From contig OZ024756.1 of assembly GCA_964016885.1 (NCBI GenBank), positions 31,310,001-31,374,000 on the forward strand: a stretch of DNA of 64,000 nt, given 5' to 3'. Source of the stretch: Eledone cirrhosa (lineage: Eukaryota). The translations under genes were made by a program, and so were the position numbers. The notes beneath the pieces were generated by a model that was not told the DNA's origin, searched no databases, and worked only from the letters and a program-made list of their open reading frames with translations. The first letter of the stretch is position 1. Every line of letters begins with the position of its first letter. Positions 1 to 13,621 of this stretch are shown here, in pieces.

Positions 1-297
1 ACAACAACAACAACATTAAACCAACCATAGCAACGCTTTATTTCAAGCAGTCGATCTTTTTTAAGACATTCAATTTTCATTATATCAATCATCCTCTTTA
101 AATTGACAGCAATATTCGGACAACGTTGAGGGAATGGAGTTGGAATGGAGGTGGAAAGGAGGTGGAAAAGAAGTGGAAAGTAGGTGGATGTCGTGGTAGG
201 AAGGTTGTTATCACATGTCTAATTCTGATAGAATGCTTCTCGTTTCTCCTAATCCCATTTCCTTTCAGCAATATCGATTAGATTCAATGTCACTTAC

Positions 298-344
298 AAA
301 TTAGTACCAGCAGGCAATCCACAATGTGTTCCAGAATATTAAAA
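298..344 (-). CDS. Candidate 47-nt internal exon of an unidentified minus-strand gene (only open frame: FNILEHIVDCLLVLI); could be UTR
   Basis: Minus strand reads ttttcgtttttcag|TTTTAATATT...CTAATTT|gtaagtg: polypyrimidine acceptor plus consensus donor in non-repetitive sequence. The other two frames contain TAA. Confidence 0.45.
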
Positions 345-656
345 CTGAAAAACGAAAACAATAAATCAATAGTATAGAACTATATGAAAAAAAAGAATAT
401 TTTTTATTGGATTTCAACATCGAAAAACGTGGCTTTATTATTATGCAAGACTAGAAAGCCTCATGTTGTGAGCTTTAGAGATATTAAGAAAGAATATTTA
501 TAATGAAGGTAACCATATCCTCACACACCATTGCTAATTATTTTAGAACAAGACAACACTCAATGATTCTTCTAAGTCGCTTGACCTCCTAGAAATAATA
601 GCTAAATGTGCTTGCATACATTAATTTCAAAACTCTTATTATTATTAACTGCATCA

Positions 657-1427
657 GGCGGTGGATTGGCAGTATCGGTAGAGGGTCGGACGCCATGCTT
701 TCCAGCATAGAGTGACGTCCCTTTACGATCTGAGTTCAAATCGCGCCGAGGTTGACTTTGCCTTTCATCCTTACGGGGTCGAGAAAATAAAGTACCAGTA
801 ATACATTGGGTAATTGCTGGCCTTGTGCCAAAAGTAGAAACAATTATTTAATAACTGCATCAGGCGGTGGATTGGCAGTATCGGTAGAACGTCGGACACC
901 ATGCTTCGTTGCATAGAGTTACGGCCCTTTATGATCTGAGTTCAAATTGCGCCGAGGTTAACTTTGCCTACGATCCTTAGGGGGTCGATAAAATAAAGTA
1001 CCAGTAATGCACGGTTATAATTGCTGGCCTTGTGCCTAAAGTAGAAACAATTATTAATAACTGCAATAGGGCGGTCGATTAGCAGTATCGGTAACCAATG
1101 CTTCGTAGCATAGAGTTACGGCCCTTTACGTTCTGAATTCAAGTTCCGCCGAGGTTAACTTTACCTTTCATCCTTACGGGGTTGATAAAATAAAGCACCA
1201 GTAATACACTGGTGCCCATTTAATCGATTTTCCCCTACCCCAAAATTGCTGGCTTTGTGCCTACAGTAGAAACAATTATTATTAATAACCGCAATAGGGC
1301 ATTTGATTGGCAGAATCGGTAGAGCGTCGGACACCATGTTTGTGGTATGGAGTTATGTCCTTTTACGGTCTAAGCTCAAATTCCGCCAAGGTTACCTTTG
1401 CCTTTCAACCTTACAGGGTCGATAATA
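657..1427 (+). mobile_element. Head-to-tail array of 4 tRNA-derived Nin-domain SINEs (starts ~657, 863, 1070, 1298)
   Basis: Each unit has an A-box-like TGGCAGTATCGG, a B-box GAGTTCAAATC and the central GCCTTTCATCCTTACGGGGTCGATAAAATAAAGTACCAG resembling the Nin domain. The first three end in ...GCCTAAAGTAGAAACAATTATT; the fourth is truncated. Confidence 0.9.
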
Positions 1428-1852
<425 letters not shown>

Positions 1853-1885
1853 TGTATGTATGTATGTATGTATGTATGTATGTAT

Positions 1886-2464
1886 GTGTTATATCAGTAT
1901 TTTCCTTCTCCTAGAATTCTGCCTTGATAAAGGCTAAGGAATCTTCTCTCCCGGTGATTTTGGATGGCCATTGACTCTTAAGAGCTCCTTTGCCCTTTGA
2001 CAGGTTTTGTTTTTAGCCCTGCAGGATGTCCAAAGTCACCCTCCTCATCAAGAAACCTTGGTGGGTTTGCCAGTTTAGTCGCCAACGACCCGACCATGGG
2101 ACAGGTTGTACTGGAATACATGTACTGCAACCCTGATGGTATCCAATGATGTTGACTTGTTCTTCTTTTTGGTAAGTATCATCTTGGTTAAGAGAGTGGG
2201 ACTGGCTTTGTGCAGTGCCTTTGCTCACTATAAAAGCTTCACGGCACTGGCATTGCTTTATATCTGGAGATCTCTCTGCACTTGTCGTCACATGGTACCA
2301 TGTGCCCAGCACTGTGTCAATAATTGTCACAGTGTAGTGTTTGTACCAGAGTTTTCAAGTCGCTGGCTGGACTAAAAAGTCACACTCGTTCAGCGCATCG
2401 GTAGGGGTTCTCCTACATGGATATAAAGTGGTGGCCGTACTCGAAAACGAGTTGGCAGCCACCA
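1886..2464 (+). mobile_element. Non-autonomous RTE-derived retroelement with inverted 5' segment (1886-2124)
   Basis: 3' stem-loop GTGGCCGTACTCGAAAACGAGTTGGCAGCCACC plus (TATG)-like tail, and the RTE 5'UTR-like motif TCTAGGAGAAGGAAAA. Comparison with the collinear copy at 16497-16868 places the inversion junction at ~2124/2125. Confidence 0.75.
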
Positions 2465-2649
2465 TGTATATATGTATACGCATGTATGTACCTATGCATA
2501 CATATGCGCTTAGAAACATTTATGAGGTGTACGTATAAGTGATATCATTTAATCAAGATTGCTGTGAATGCTTAATGTGTATATTCAAATAAATCTTCTT
2601 CAGATAAAACGCATAAACAACTATGTTTTCTAAACTGAACATTCTGTAG

Positions 2650-2917
2650 TTGTTTGTATGTGTATATATGTATGTATGTTTGTATGTGTATATATTTATA
2701 TATGTCTGTATCTTTGTATGTGTATATATTTATATATGTCTGTATGTTTGTATGTGTATATATTTATATATGTCAGCATCTTTGTATGTGTATATATTTA
2801 TATATGTCAGCATCTTTGTATGTGTATATATTTATATATGTCTGTATGTTTGTATGTGTATATATTTATATATGTCAGCATCTTTGTATGTGTATATATT
2901 TATATATGTCTGTATGT
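2650..2917. repeat. ~34-bp TA-rich minisatellite (TTTGTATGTGTATATATTTATATATGTCwGyATs)
   Basis: About 7-8 tandem units are visible. Confidence 0.8.
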
Positions 2918-3039
2918 AAGTCTGAATATATATATTTATATATGTATATCTATATGTATGTATGCATGTTAGTTTATCTGTACCTGCATGTAGGTATGAA
3001 GTTATATTTGCATGTATTATGGACGTATGTACGAAGGCA

Positions 3040-3164
<125 letters not shown>

Positions 3165-3696
3165 CTATATTTGTATACATATTTGTATATATATTTGCAT
3201 ATATTATGTACGTATGCATGTGTGTATTATATATGTATACGTATACTTATGTATGTAAATAAATATGTGTGTGTGTACTTATTGATACATATGTGTATAA
3301 GTTTCGCTGTTTGCCCGTCTGTATGTCTGTATGTATGTAGTTTACGAAACTATAATGGCGATAATAACATGTTCGTTTATCAATACCAAGCTATTTCATT
3401 ACTATTATTTTATGAGTGTTGTTGTTATTGTTTTTGTATTGTTATTATTATTGTTGTTGTTGTTGCTGTTGTTGTTGTTGTCATCAATTATTATATATGC
3501 AGAATATCGCTTTGTTTTACTATGTATCTAAATGTCATGAGACTAGTATTTTCGTTATAATGATTATCGTTATCACATTACTATTATTATTATTACTATT
3601 ATTATTATTATTATTTTTATTATTATTATTATCGTTATTGCTATTAATATTATTGTTATTATTGTTGTTGTTGTTTTATCGTTATTATTATTAAAA

Positions 3697-4112
3697 ATGG
3701 TGGTGGATTGGCAGTATCGGTAGAGCGTCAGACACCATCTTTTGCCGCATAGAGTTAGGTCCCTTTACGGTCTGAGTTCAAATCCTGCCGAGGTTAGCTT
3801 TACTTTTCATCCTTACAAGCTCGATAAAATAAAACACCAGTAATGTACTGGTAACGATTTAATTGACTTTCCCCTCGCACAAATTACTGGCCTTGTGCCT
3901 ATATTAGAAATAATAATAATTATTATTATTATTATTGGATTGGCAGTGTCGGTAGAGGGTCGGACGCCATGCTTTGCAGCATAGAGTGACGTCCCTTTAC
4001 GGTCTGAGTTCAAATCCTGCCGAGGTTAACTTTGCCTTTCATCCTTACGAGGTCGATAAAATAAAGTACCAGTAATGCACTGGGTTATTGCTGGCCTTGT
4101 GCCAAAAGTAGA
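3697..4112 (+). mobile_element. Two tandem Nin-domain SINEs (long and short variants)
   Basis: Same consensus as 657-1427. Confidence 0.85.
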
Positions 4113-4129
4113 AATAATGATAATAATAA

Positions 4130-4370
4130 TGATTTCTTTATTGGCCACAAGGGCTGACATCAAGAAAAACTTACAGACGGCACAGGACGGTACGATGTGG
4201 GTTTTGTGCGTGTAAAGATGTTTATTATTTATATAAGAAAAGAGAAAAATACATAGAATCATATATACATAGATAAACAATAAAAATGAAAATTGAAACA
4301 ATGAAAAATTCCCCAATAGGGAGGAAACCTCAGAGCGTTACTCGTGGCGAAATCCACAAATAATAATGAT
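4130..4370 (-). mobile_element. 3'UTR fragment of a Tx1/L1-like LINE (divergent subfamily)
   Basis: Reverse complement resembles 4750-4957 (GGGGAATTTTTCATTG, GTACCGTCCTGT, CCCTTGTGGCCAATAAAG). Confidence 0.65.
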
Positions 4371-4415
4371 TTCAGTTATTAGCCACAAGGACCGAGATAA
4401 TAATAATAATTATTA

Positions 4416-4472
<57 letters not shown>

Positions 4473-4474
<2 letters not shown>

Positions 4475-4957
4475 TTCTGTCTGGTGGCCATGGCGAAAGA
4501 GATAGTATGGTGGACACGTTTGAAAGGGCTGAAGACGAGCACTTACCTCTTCGGTGATGCCCTGATTAACTTTTTCAAATTTCATTTGAAAAGGAAAATC
4601 AGGGTAGAGAAGGAGGTGCTCTCTTCCCAGCATTTTGTTGAAAGATGGGTGAGAGAGGCAAGAATGGCCCGAGTGAATGGGCCTACTCTGAGTATGTCTC
4701 TGTAAATTAAAGGTGGAAAACTGGGAGAGGGCACTTGCCCTGGTGGTCTGGGTCACTGTGGATTTTTAATGGGCTTTCTCCACGAATGTCCCTCGGAAGT
4801 CTCCCCCGTATTGGGGAATTTTTCATTGTTATTTTTTGTTACATCCTCTGTTTTTTGTTTTTTACACGCAGAAGTGCCCATTTGTACCGTCCTGTATTGT
4901 CCTGTACTGTCCTTAATGTCTACTTTATGTAAACCCTTGTGGTTAATAAAGAAAGCA
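4473..4957 (+). mobile_element. 5'-truncated Tx1/L1-clade LINE 3' end inserted in (TTA)n
   Basis: ORF 4484-4705 (AMAKEIVWWTRLK...FFKFHLKRKIRVEKEVLSSQHFVERW) resembles the Tx1/L1 ORF2 C-terminus. 3'UTR has AATAAA; (TTA)n on both sides; second copy at 40407-40730. Confidence 0.8.
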
Positions 4958-5372
4958 TTATTATTATTATTATCATTATTATTACTATTATTATTAATTG
5001 CCGGCCTTGTGTCTAAAGTAGAAATAATTATTAACGTCGTTACGTTTGCTGTCTTTGTGTTGTGTTGTTGTGTTGTGTTGTGTTGTTGTGTTGTTGTGTT
5101 GTTGTGTGTTGATGTTATTGTGAAATTTACCGAATTGTTGTGATATAAATTTCAAAATCACAAAATTACAAAATCAACAAATAAACATACGCACACAGAA
5201 ACACAGATATCAAATGTACATATACACACATACATATATGTGTGTATTAGTTTATGTATGTATGTATGTATGTATGTATGTATGTATGTATGTATGTATG
5301 TATGTATGTATGTATATATATGCATAAGCATATTACATGGATAAATATGTATCATATATATATAAATGTATC

Positions 5373-5415
<43 letters not shown>

Positions 5416-5463
5416 TGTATATATTTATGTATATATATATGTATATATATATATATATATATA

Positions 5464-5665
5464 TAGGAACCAGTAAGACCCCGACAGCTGAGCTCAAGCC
5501 GTTTCGACGGCTAATTCTGGACTAGCCGTCAGAATTAGCCGTCGAAACGGCTTGAGCTCAGCTGTCGGGGTCTTACTGGTTCCTATTACCCACTCTACTA
5601 CCTCAAGTATTGAGTACTTTGGTGCGTTATGGTCCACCTGGTTCCTTACCACTTTCCCTTCGTTA
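5464..5665. mobile_element. pLTR family A fold-back copy in (TA)n
   Basis: Short arm TAGGAAC...GACTAGCCGTC joined to the inverted long arm ending CTTCGTTA; (TA)n on both sides. Confidence 0.85.
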
Positions 5666-5686
5666 TATATATATATATATATATAT

Positions 5687-5759
<73 letters not shown>

Positions 5760-5982
5760 GGATAAACATAAATGAAAGTGTGTTGGTATATTTAAATATA
5801 TATATATAAATACATACGTACATGCATACATACATACATACATACATTCTTTTACAACCTTGCCACCAGGTAGGTGGCCGGTCAAAAAAATATACTCGAA
5901 ATTAAGAGAAAGAGAAAACATACATACATACATACATATATATATATATACATGCATACATCCATATATATATATATATATA

Positions 5983-6024
<42 letters not shown>

Positions 6025-6164
6025 CATACATATACATCCACCCATACGTCCTCACGTACGGCATCACGTGTTTGATGTGTTTTAAACTTGCTTACGTGAC
6101 TTTGAATAAGTGAAATATATCACCGCCTTAACCAATACCACCATTACCGACACTAGAAAGTAAC

Positions 6165-6455
6165 ATCACCACCATCACCACCATCACCACCATCACCACC
6201 ACCGACACCACCATCACCACCATCACCACCATCACAACCGTCACAACCGCCATCACCGCCAAAACCGACACCACCATCACCACCGTCACCACCACCACCA
6301 CTGTCACCACCATCACCACCATCACCACCATCACCACCATCACCACCATCACCACCATCACCCCCACCACCATCACCACCACCATCACCACCATCACCAC
6401 CACCACCACCACTGTCACCATCATCACCACCGTCACCACCACCACCACCATCACC
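6165..6455. repeat. (CAC/CAT)n degenerate trinucleotide repeat
   Basis: Direct reading. Confidence 0.95.
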
Positions 6456-6607
6456 AAACAATAGAACTGTTATTACCACGAAAGCTACTAGCAACACTAC
6501 CACTAACAACAACAGAAACGCCGCCGTGATATATGTATGTATTTGTATGTATACGTATTTATATGTGTATGTATATATTTGTATATATATATGTGTGTAT
6601 GTATATA

Positions 6608-6670
<63 letters not shown>

Positions 6671-6743
6671 ATGCATGTGTGTATATATATATGTTTATAT
6701 ATATATATGAATATACATATACATATATATATATATATATTTT

Positions 6744-6795
<52 letters not shown>

Positions 6796-6799
6796 TATA

Positions 6800-6841
<42 letters not shown>

Positions 6842-6842
6842 C

Positions 6843-6892
<50 letters not shown>

Positions 6893-6983
6893 GTATATAT
6901 ATATATGAAGCCCATATGTATGTATACAAATATATATATATATATTTATATATATATATATATATATACATACATATACACAC

Positions 6984-7041
<58 letters not shown>

Positions 7042-7049
7042 GTACACAC

Positions 7050-7105
<56 letters not shown>

Positions 7106-7572
7106 GTACACACACATATACATATATACATATACGCTTATAGATATTGACTACACCAATTCCAGTACTAACGTTTAAACAAAACCACAACAGACAACAG
7201 AGAAAGTGATGAGAGAGGTATAGATTGATTTTTGTTTCTTTCTTCTTCACATATATATAATATACGTTCGTCTTTGGAATCGAAGGAGGTTTTTTTTTTT
7301 TTTATTTTGGCAATTACACAATAATTATATTACAGTAGTTGTCAGCCATTTTGTGAAGCATTTATACAATAGGAATATACGTTGCTTGCAAAACTTTCCC
7401 CGAAGGTGAAGAATTAGTCTGAAATATTTAATGAAAACTTCCAAAGTTAAATATATATATATGTGTGTGTATGTGTGTATGTGTGTATGTGTTTTTTTTT
7501 TGGGGGGGGGGGGTATTTATGTATGTGTATGTATGTATATGTATGTATGTATATGTATGTATGTATATATAT

Positions 7573-7620
<48 letters not shown>

Positions 7621-7630
7621 CACATATATA

Positions 7631-7688
7631 TAGGAACAAGTATCACCCCGACGGCAGAGCTCAAGCCGTTTCGACGGCTATTTCTGGA
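7631..7688. mobile_element. pLTR family A short-arm fragment
   Basis: (TA)n-TAGGAACAAGTATCACCCCGACGGCAGAGCTCAAGCCGTTTCGACGGCTA. Confidence 0.75.
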
Positions 7689-7696
7689 TGTTATAC

Positions 7697-7731
<35 letters not shown>

Positions 7732-7734
7732 CAT

Positions 7735-7861
<127 letters not shown>

Positions 7862-7953
7862 CATGGAAAGTTATATTTAAAATTGTTGGGTTACAACTAG
7901 TAAATATTTATAACTGATATAAATATTTATAACTGATATAACTGTTTATATTG

Positions 7954-8014
7954 TATTTTGTCTGAGGAAGGCATATTGTTAATATGATATCCCCGAAATA
8001 TATATAATGAAATA
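7954..8014 (+). ncRNA. Degenerate minimal type I hammerhead ribozyme motif (family B)
   Basis: UAUUUUGU-CUGAGGA-[imperfect helix II]-GAAA-UAUAUA-UA-AUGAAAUA. The downstream flank GGTTTTATAAATATAGTTTCCATT is shared with the copy at 33949-34011. Confidence 0.55.
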
Positions 8015-8046
8015 GATATGGTTTTATAAATATAGTTTCCATTTAT

Positions 8047-8155
<109 letters not shown>

Positions 8156-8227
8156 GAGAGAGAGAGAAAGATTTACATATATACATATATATACACATAT
8201 ATATTAACTATATTACATATATATAAA

Positions 8228-8318
<91 letters not shown>

Positions 8319-8385
8319 TTTACATATATACATATATATACACATATATATTAACTATATTACATATATATAAATACTATATATA

Positions 8386-8438
<53 letters not shown>

Positions 8439-8598
8439 GTGTGTGTGCATATCTAATCTATGTATGAAGATGGGCGTGGACCGCTGTTTTCCATATTTGT
8501 TATAATGAAATTATATGTATATTATACACCTAGTAATTGTCTCTACGATATGCATATCTATATATCTCCATATACATACATACACACACGCACATATA

Positions 8599-8703
<105 letters not shown>

Positions 8704-8789
8704 AAATGTATGTATATAACTATTTATGTATATACGCATCTTTGTATGTATTTATGCATGTAAATATAGCTATGTGTGTATATATATAT

Positions 8790-8855
<66 letters not shown>

Positions 8856-8898
8856 ATATATATATATACATATATATATACATTATATATACATTCAT

Positions 8899-9042
8899 AC
8901 AATTTTGTCGACACACACATCATTTCTTCATCATTTATTTTCACAAGCTAGAATCCATTGTGAACATATATGAATATGTATATGCATTCATGCATATATA
9001 TATATATATATGAATGTATATATATACATATGTATGTATATA

Positions 9043-9094
<52 letters not shown>

Positions 9095-9238
9095 TATATA
9101 CATACATATGTATATATATACATTCATATATATATATATATATGCATGAATGCATATACATATTCATATATGTTCACAATGGATTCTAGCTTGTGAAAAT
9201 AAATGATGAAGAAATGATGTGTGTGTCGACAAAATTGT
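8899..9238. repeat. Perfect 340-bp palindrome centred on (TA)n
   Basis: Arms are exact reverse complements; the ORF track shows an identical 60-aa ORF on both strands (8941-9123 -, 9014-9196 +). Confidence 0.95.
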
Positions 9239-9426
9239 CTTTTTCATGACACATGTTTAATGACTGACGATAAATTAACAAAATCAATGTAATGTTGTTT
9301 AGAAATATATTGGCTATTGTATTCTAGTAAACTATCTACTGTAAACGATAATGGACTCTTAATTTGTACACACATATACAGACATACCAAATAACACATA
9401 ACACTCAAACACACGCACACGCACAC

Positions 9427-9628
9427 AAGGAAATGTGGTAAGGAACCAGGTGGGCCATAATGCACCAAAGTACTCAATACTTAGAGTAGTAGAGTGGGTA
9501 ATAGGAACGAGTAGGACCCCGACGCCTGAGCTCAAGCCGTTTCGACGGCTAATTCTGGACTAAATTTAGATTTTAGTCCAGAATTAGCCGTCGAAACGGC
9601 TTGAGCTCAGCCGTCGGGGTCCTACTCG

Positions 9629-9631
<3 letters not shown>
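9427..9631. mobile_element. pLTR family A fold-back copy
   Basis: Long arm, hinge GACTAAATTTAGATTTTAGTC, then inverted short arm ending at (TA)n. Confidence 0.85.
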
Positions 9632-9676
<45 letters not shown>

Positions 9677-9725
9677 TATATACATATATTTATTCATACA
9701 TACATATATACATGTATACATATAT

Positions 9726-9836
<111 letters not shown>

Positions 9837-9898
9837 TTATGTGTGTGTGTATGTGTGTATGTGTGTATGTATATATAAATATATATATATATAGATAA

Positions 9899-9956
<58 letters not shown>

Positions 9957-10055
9957 TAATGGATAGATATATTTATCCTCGGTTCAACCGGGGGTAACCT
10001 CAGTAATTAAGGTACTCAATACATAGCAGAGTATAAATATTTAATATAGAAATGG

Positions 10056-10102
10056 CTTCTACGGGAATAGAACTGTTTCATTCGGGAGAAATCATCAGGA
10101 AG
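10056..10102 (-). ncRNA. Type I hammerhead ribozyme motif (family C) in a ~170-bp repeat (9970-10140)
   Basis: CUUC-CUGAUGA-U-UUC UCCC GAA-U-GAAA-CAG UUCUAUUC CCG-UA-GAAG. The rearranged second copy at 17693-17818 restores helix III (CAG/CUG) and helix II (AUUC/GAAU). Confidence 0.6.
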
Positions 10103-10186
10103 TTTAGTGTTTTATCAAATCATTGTTATTTTACGATCGTTTCAGTATATATATGTATATATATGTACACACATGTCTGCACGTCT

Positions 10187-10225
<39 letters not shown>

Positions 10226-10331
10226 ATAAAGTATGTCCATAGAGTCATTTGATAAGATATATACACTATATATATATACTTATATATATATATATAAATA
10301 CATATATATATATATACTGTATATATATATA

Positions 10332-10408
<77 letters not shown>

Positions 10409-10410
<2 letters not shown>

Positions 10411-11247
10411 TTAAACCATTTTGTTTGTTCACCCTAACGTTCTCTTTATTTACGTGTCCCAACGACTTTTTTTAGCCGTTGTTCGCACCAACCTGAGGTA
10501 TATGGCCCTTAAAGCGATGAAATGCCTGGGACGGTTGGAGGGTCACTGATGAAGGACTCCCCCCCCTTTTTTATATGTAACCCATTTGCAACGCCGCAGC
10601 TCCATTATTATCATATTTACACATATTTTTTCCTCTGCTGCCACCCGTCTGTTTCTCTCTTTGTATCTTTACCCTTTCTAGCAGTCTTTCTCTATGTTAG
10701 CCTCTTCCTCAACTTTCACTCACTCATACCCTGTCACTACCTCTCCTCCACTCCTCTTTCTTCCCGCTTGACCTGTCCGATTTCTTTTCTCGCGCACTCT
10801 TGGCCAAGCCGGTATGAATTTTTTCTCTCTCTCTCTCTCGTCTGCGTCTTCACAAAACTTATGTTTACCGAATTCGCAGACCAGACCCCTTCTTCTTCTT
10901 CCTCCCGTTAGACCTGTGCGAAATTCCTTCCTTGCTCACATTTCAACCAGGTCTGATGGTCTTTATTCTCTAGTAGTTCACGATTTTATCGAGTTTATAT
11001 TCATAGAAATCTGGGACTTGTCTCTTTCCTCTCACTTTCTGTTGCTTAAACCATTTTGTTTGTTCACCCTAACGTTCTCTTTATTTACGTGTCCCAACGA
11101 CTTTTTTTAGCCGTTGTTCGCACTAACCTGAGGTATATGGCCCTTAAAGCGATGAAATGCCTGGGACGGTTGGAGGGTCACTGATGAAGGACTCCCCCCT
11201 TTTTTATATGTAACCCATTTGCAACGCCGCAGCTCCATTATTATCAT
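10409..11247. mobile_element. ~205-bp near-identical direct repeats (10409-10613, 11044-11247) flanking a ~430-bp spacer, embedded in (TA)n
   Basis: GCTTAAACCATTTTG...CAGCTCCATTATTATCAT occurs twice, with (TA)n on both outer sides. Confidence 0.75.
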
Positions 11248-11326
11248 ATATATATATATATATATATATACACTATATATATATACATATATATATATGT
11301 TTATATATATATATATATATATATAT

Positions 11327-11412
<86 letters not shown>

Positions 11413-11693
11413 ATATGTTTATATATATATATGTATATATACATTGTATATATGTCTGTCTGTATGACTGTGTTAGCTATTTTCACCGTTTTCACCTGCA
11501 AGCTTCTTATTTTAAAACATTGAATGTCTATCTTTTACGCTGTTGTCTGCTTCTTTCTTTCTGTGTTGTTGTTGTTGTTTTTGTATACGTAATAAATATT
11601 TGAGGTTATAGATAAATTCTGATATTACTTTAAAGTTGTTATTTTATCCAGTTGCTATTTAATTCCTTCTGCTTCTGCTGCTGCTGCTGTTGC

Positions 11694-11728
<35 letters not shown>

Positions 11729-11819
11729 GGCATGTTTCTTTCCTTTGCTATTCAAATGCACTAAAACCAATTTAATGAATTAATAACCTAATTCTCCCTT
11801 TGTTATAAGTGGGTCTATG

Positions 11820-12327
11820 CTCTTTCTCTCTGCCTCTCTTTCTCTCTGTCTCTCTCTCTGTCTCTCTCTACTTCTCTGTCTTCTCTTAGTGTGTTTTCTC
11901 TCTTTCTCTGTTACTTAGACTCTCTCTATTCCTTATTTTCTCTTTCTATTTCTTTTTTTCTCTGTCTATTAGTTCTATTTTGTTCTCTCTTTCTATTCCT
12001 TACCCGCTCTCTCTCTCTCTTATCTCTGATAGTTCTGTCTTTCCCTCTCTCTCACGCTCTTTTTGTCTTACTCTCTCTCTCTCCTTCTCTCTCTCTCCTT
12101 CTCTCTCTCTCCTTCTCTCTCTCTCCTTCTCTCTCTCTCCTTCTCTCTCTCTCCTTCTCTCTCTCTCCTTCTCTCTCTCTCTTTCTCTCTCCCGTCTGTC
12201 ACCCTCAAACCTGGCTTTTCTTCTATCTCTCCTGTATCTTCTTCTCTCTCTCCCTCCAATCTCACTCCATCTCCTGATTTTCACTCACTTCTCTCTTCTC
12301 TTTCTTTCTCTTTTCTTTCTCTCCCTT

Positions 12328-12380
<53 letters not shown>

Positions 12381-12420
12381 ATCTCTCTCTTTCAAACACA
12401 TACACCCTCTCTCTTTCCTT
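11820..12420. repeat. (CT)n-rich polypyrimidine tract
   Basis: Direct reading. Confidence 0.9.
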
Positions 12421-12958
12421 TCACTGTTTTTTTTGTTTAAATCTTCTTTTTCATCAACATGACACATGCTAACACGTCTCTCAGACTTTCAGGACTTATA
12501 TATATTTTTTCCTCTATAAATTGGAAAAGAAAATATAACTGAGGAAACGGACAATAACATAATAGATTTTCTAAATTATTTACCAGAAATGAAACCACTA
12601 ATGGAGAGAACTATTTCTTTCAGCGGAATTATTTGCCAGAGAAAAGTAGAAATGTAAAGAAAATGTGTTGAAAGGAGAAAAAAATATTAATGTAATTTTC
12701 TCTATATGATGTCTGTCTTCTTATGAAGCAAACGTAGTAACTACTTTTGCTAATAACCTATACTATAATGTATTCATGTATTATATACGTGTGTGTATGT
12801 ATATGTATGTATACATATACTTATATATTTGCTGTTCCCATGCATAGAGAATATTCCTCTGATTTGTGGTCTCCCCGGTCTCCAGCACTGAGAACTTTAT
12901 ATATATATATATATACAGAGAGAGAGAGAGGGAGAGAGAGAGAGAGAGAGAGAAGAGA

Positions 12959-13037
<79 letters not shown>

Positions 13038-13125
13038 GAAAACGAAAAATCAGTGATGTATCTGATATCTGTAAGAGCATACCGCCTGTGGAAGCATCTT
13101 AGCTACCTTCAGACACATTCATATA

Positions 13126-13189
<64 letters not shown>

Positions 13190-13232
13190 AAAGCTGAAAT
13201 AAATATTTCAATGATTATCGTGGTGATATCAT

Positions 13233-13548
13233 CAGCCGTCGGGGTCCTGAATCTTTTCATGTATATCAAAGAAGGTGTGGTAAGTTACACGGAGCACCAT
13301 AATCCACCAGAGTACTCGATACTTCGGGCAGTAGAGTGGGCAATATATATATATATAACGAAGGAAGTGTATTAAGGAACCAGGTGGACCATAACCAACC
13401 AGAGTACACAATACTTAGGGTAGTAGAGTGGGTAATAGGAAAATGTTCAACCCCGACGACAGAGCTCAAGCCGTTTCTACGGCTATTTCAGTCCTGAAAT
13501 AGCTGTCGAAACGGCTTGAGCTCTGCTGTCGGGGTCTTGAACATTTTG

Positions 13549-13550
<2 letters not shown>
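13233..13550. mobile_element. Cluster of pLTR family A pieces including a fold-back copy (13357-13550)
   Basis: Same unit; hinge CTATTTCAGTCCTGAAATAG; short arm ends at (TA)n. Confidence 0.8.
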
Positions 13551-13602
<52 letters not shown>

Positions 13603-13621
13603 TTAAGAAAAAGGGATTAAA

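Noticed and set aside
2383-2464. HDV-like or hammerhead reading of the terminal hairpin module (ACUCGUU/AACGAGU pairing, CUGAACGA)
   Set aside because: P3/L3 and P1.1 cannot be built and the hammerhead core is wrong; better explained as an RTE 3' stem-loop on the plus strand.
2560-2610. Minus-strand CUGAAGA..GAAU hammerhead-like string
   Set aside because: No GAAA, no helix III, poor helix I.
5862-5878. GC hairpin GCCACC-AGGTA-GGTGGC as a Helitron end or terminator
   Set aside because: No CTRR terminus or second copy; too short to support.
6153-7250. 365-aa Gly/Asp-rich ORF
   Set aside because: Made of (TA)n plus (GGT/GAT)n repeats.
13195-13240. Minus-strand CUGAUGA...GAAAUAUU motif
   Set aside because: Formed at the junction with a family A fragment; helix I does not pair.
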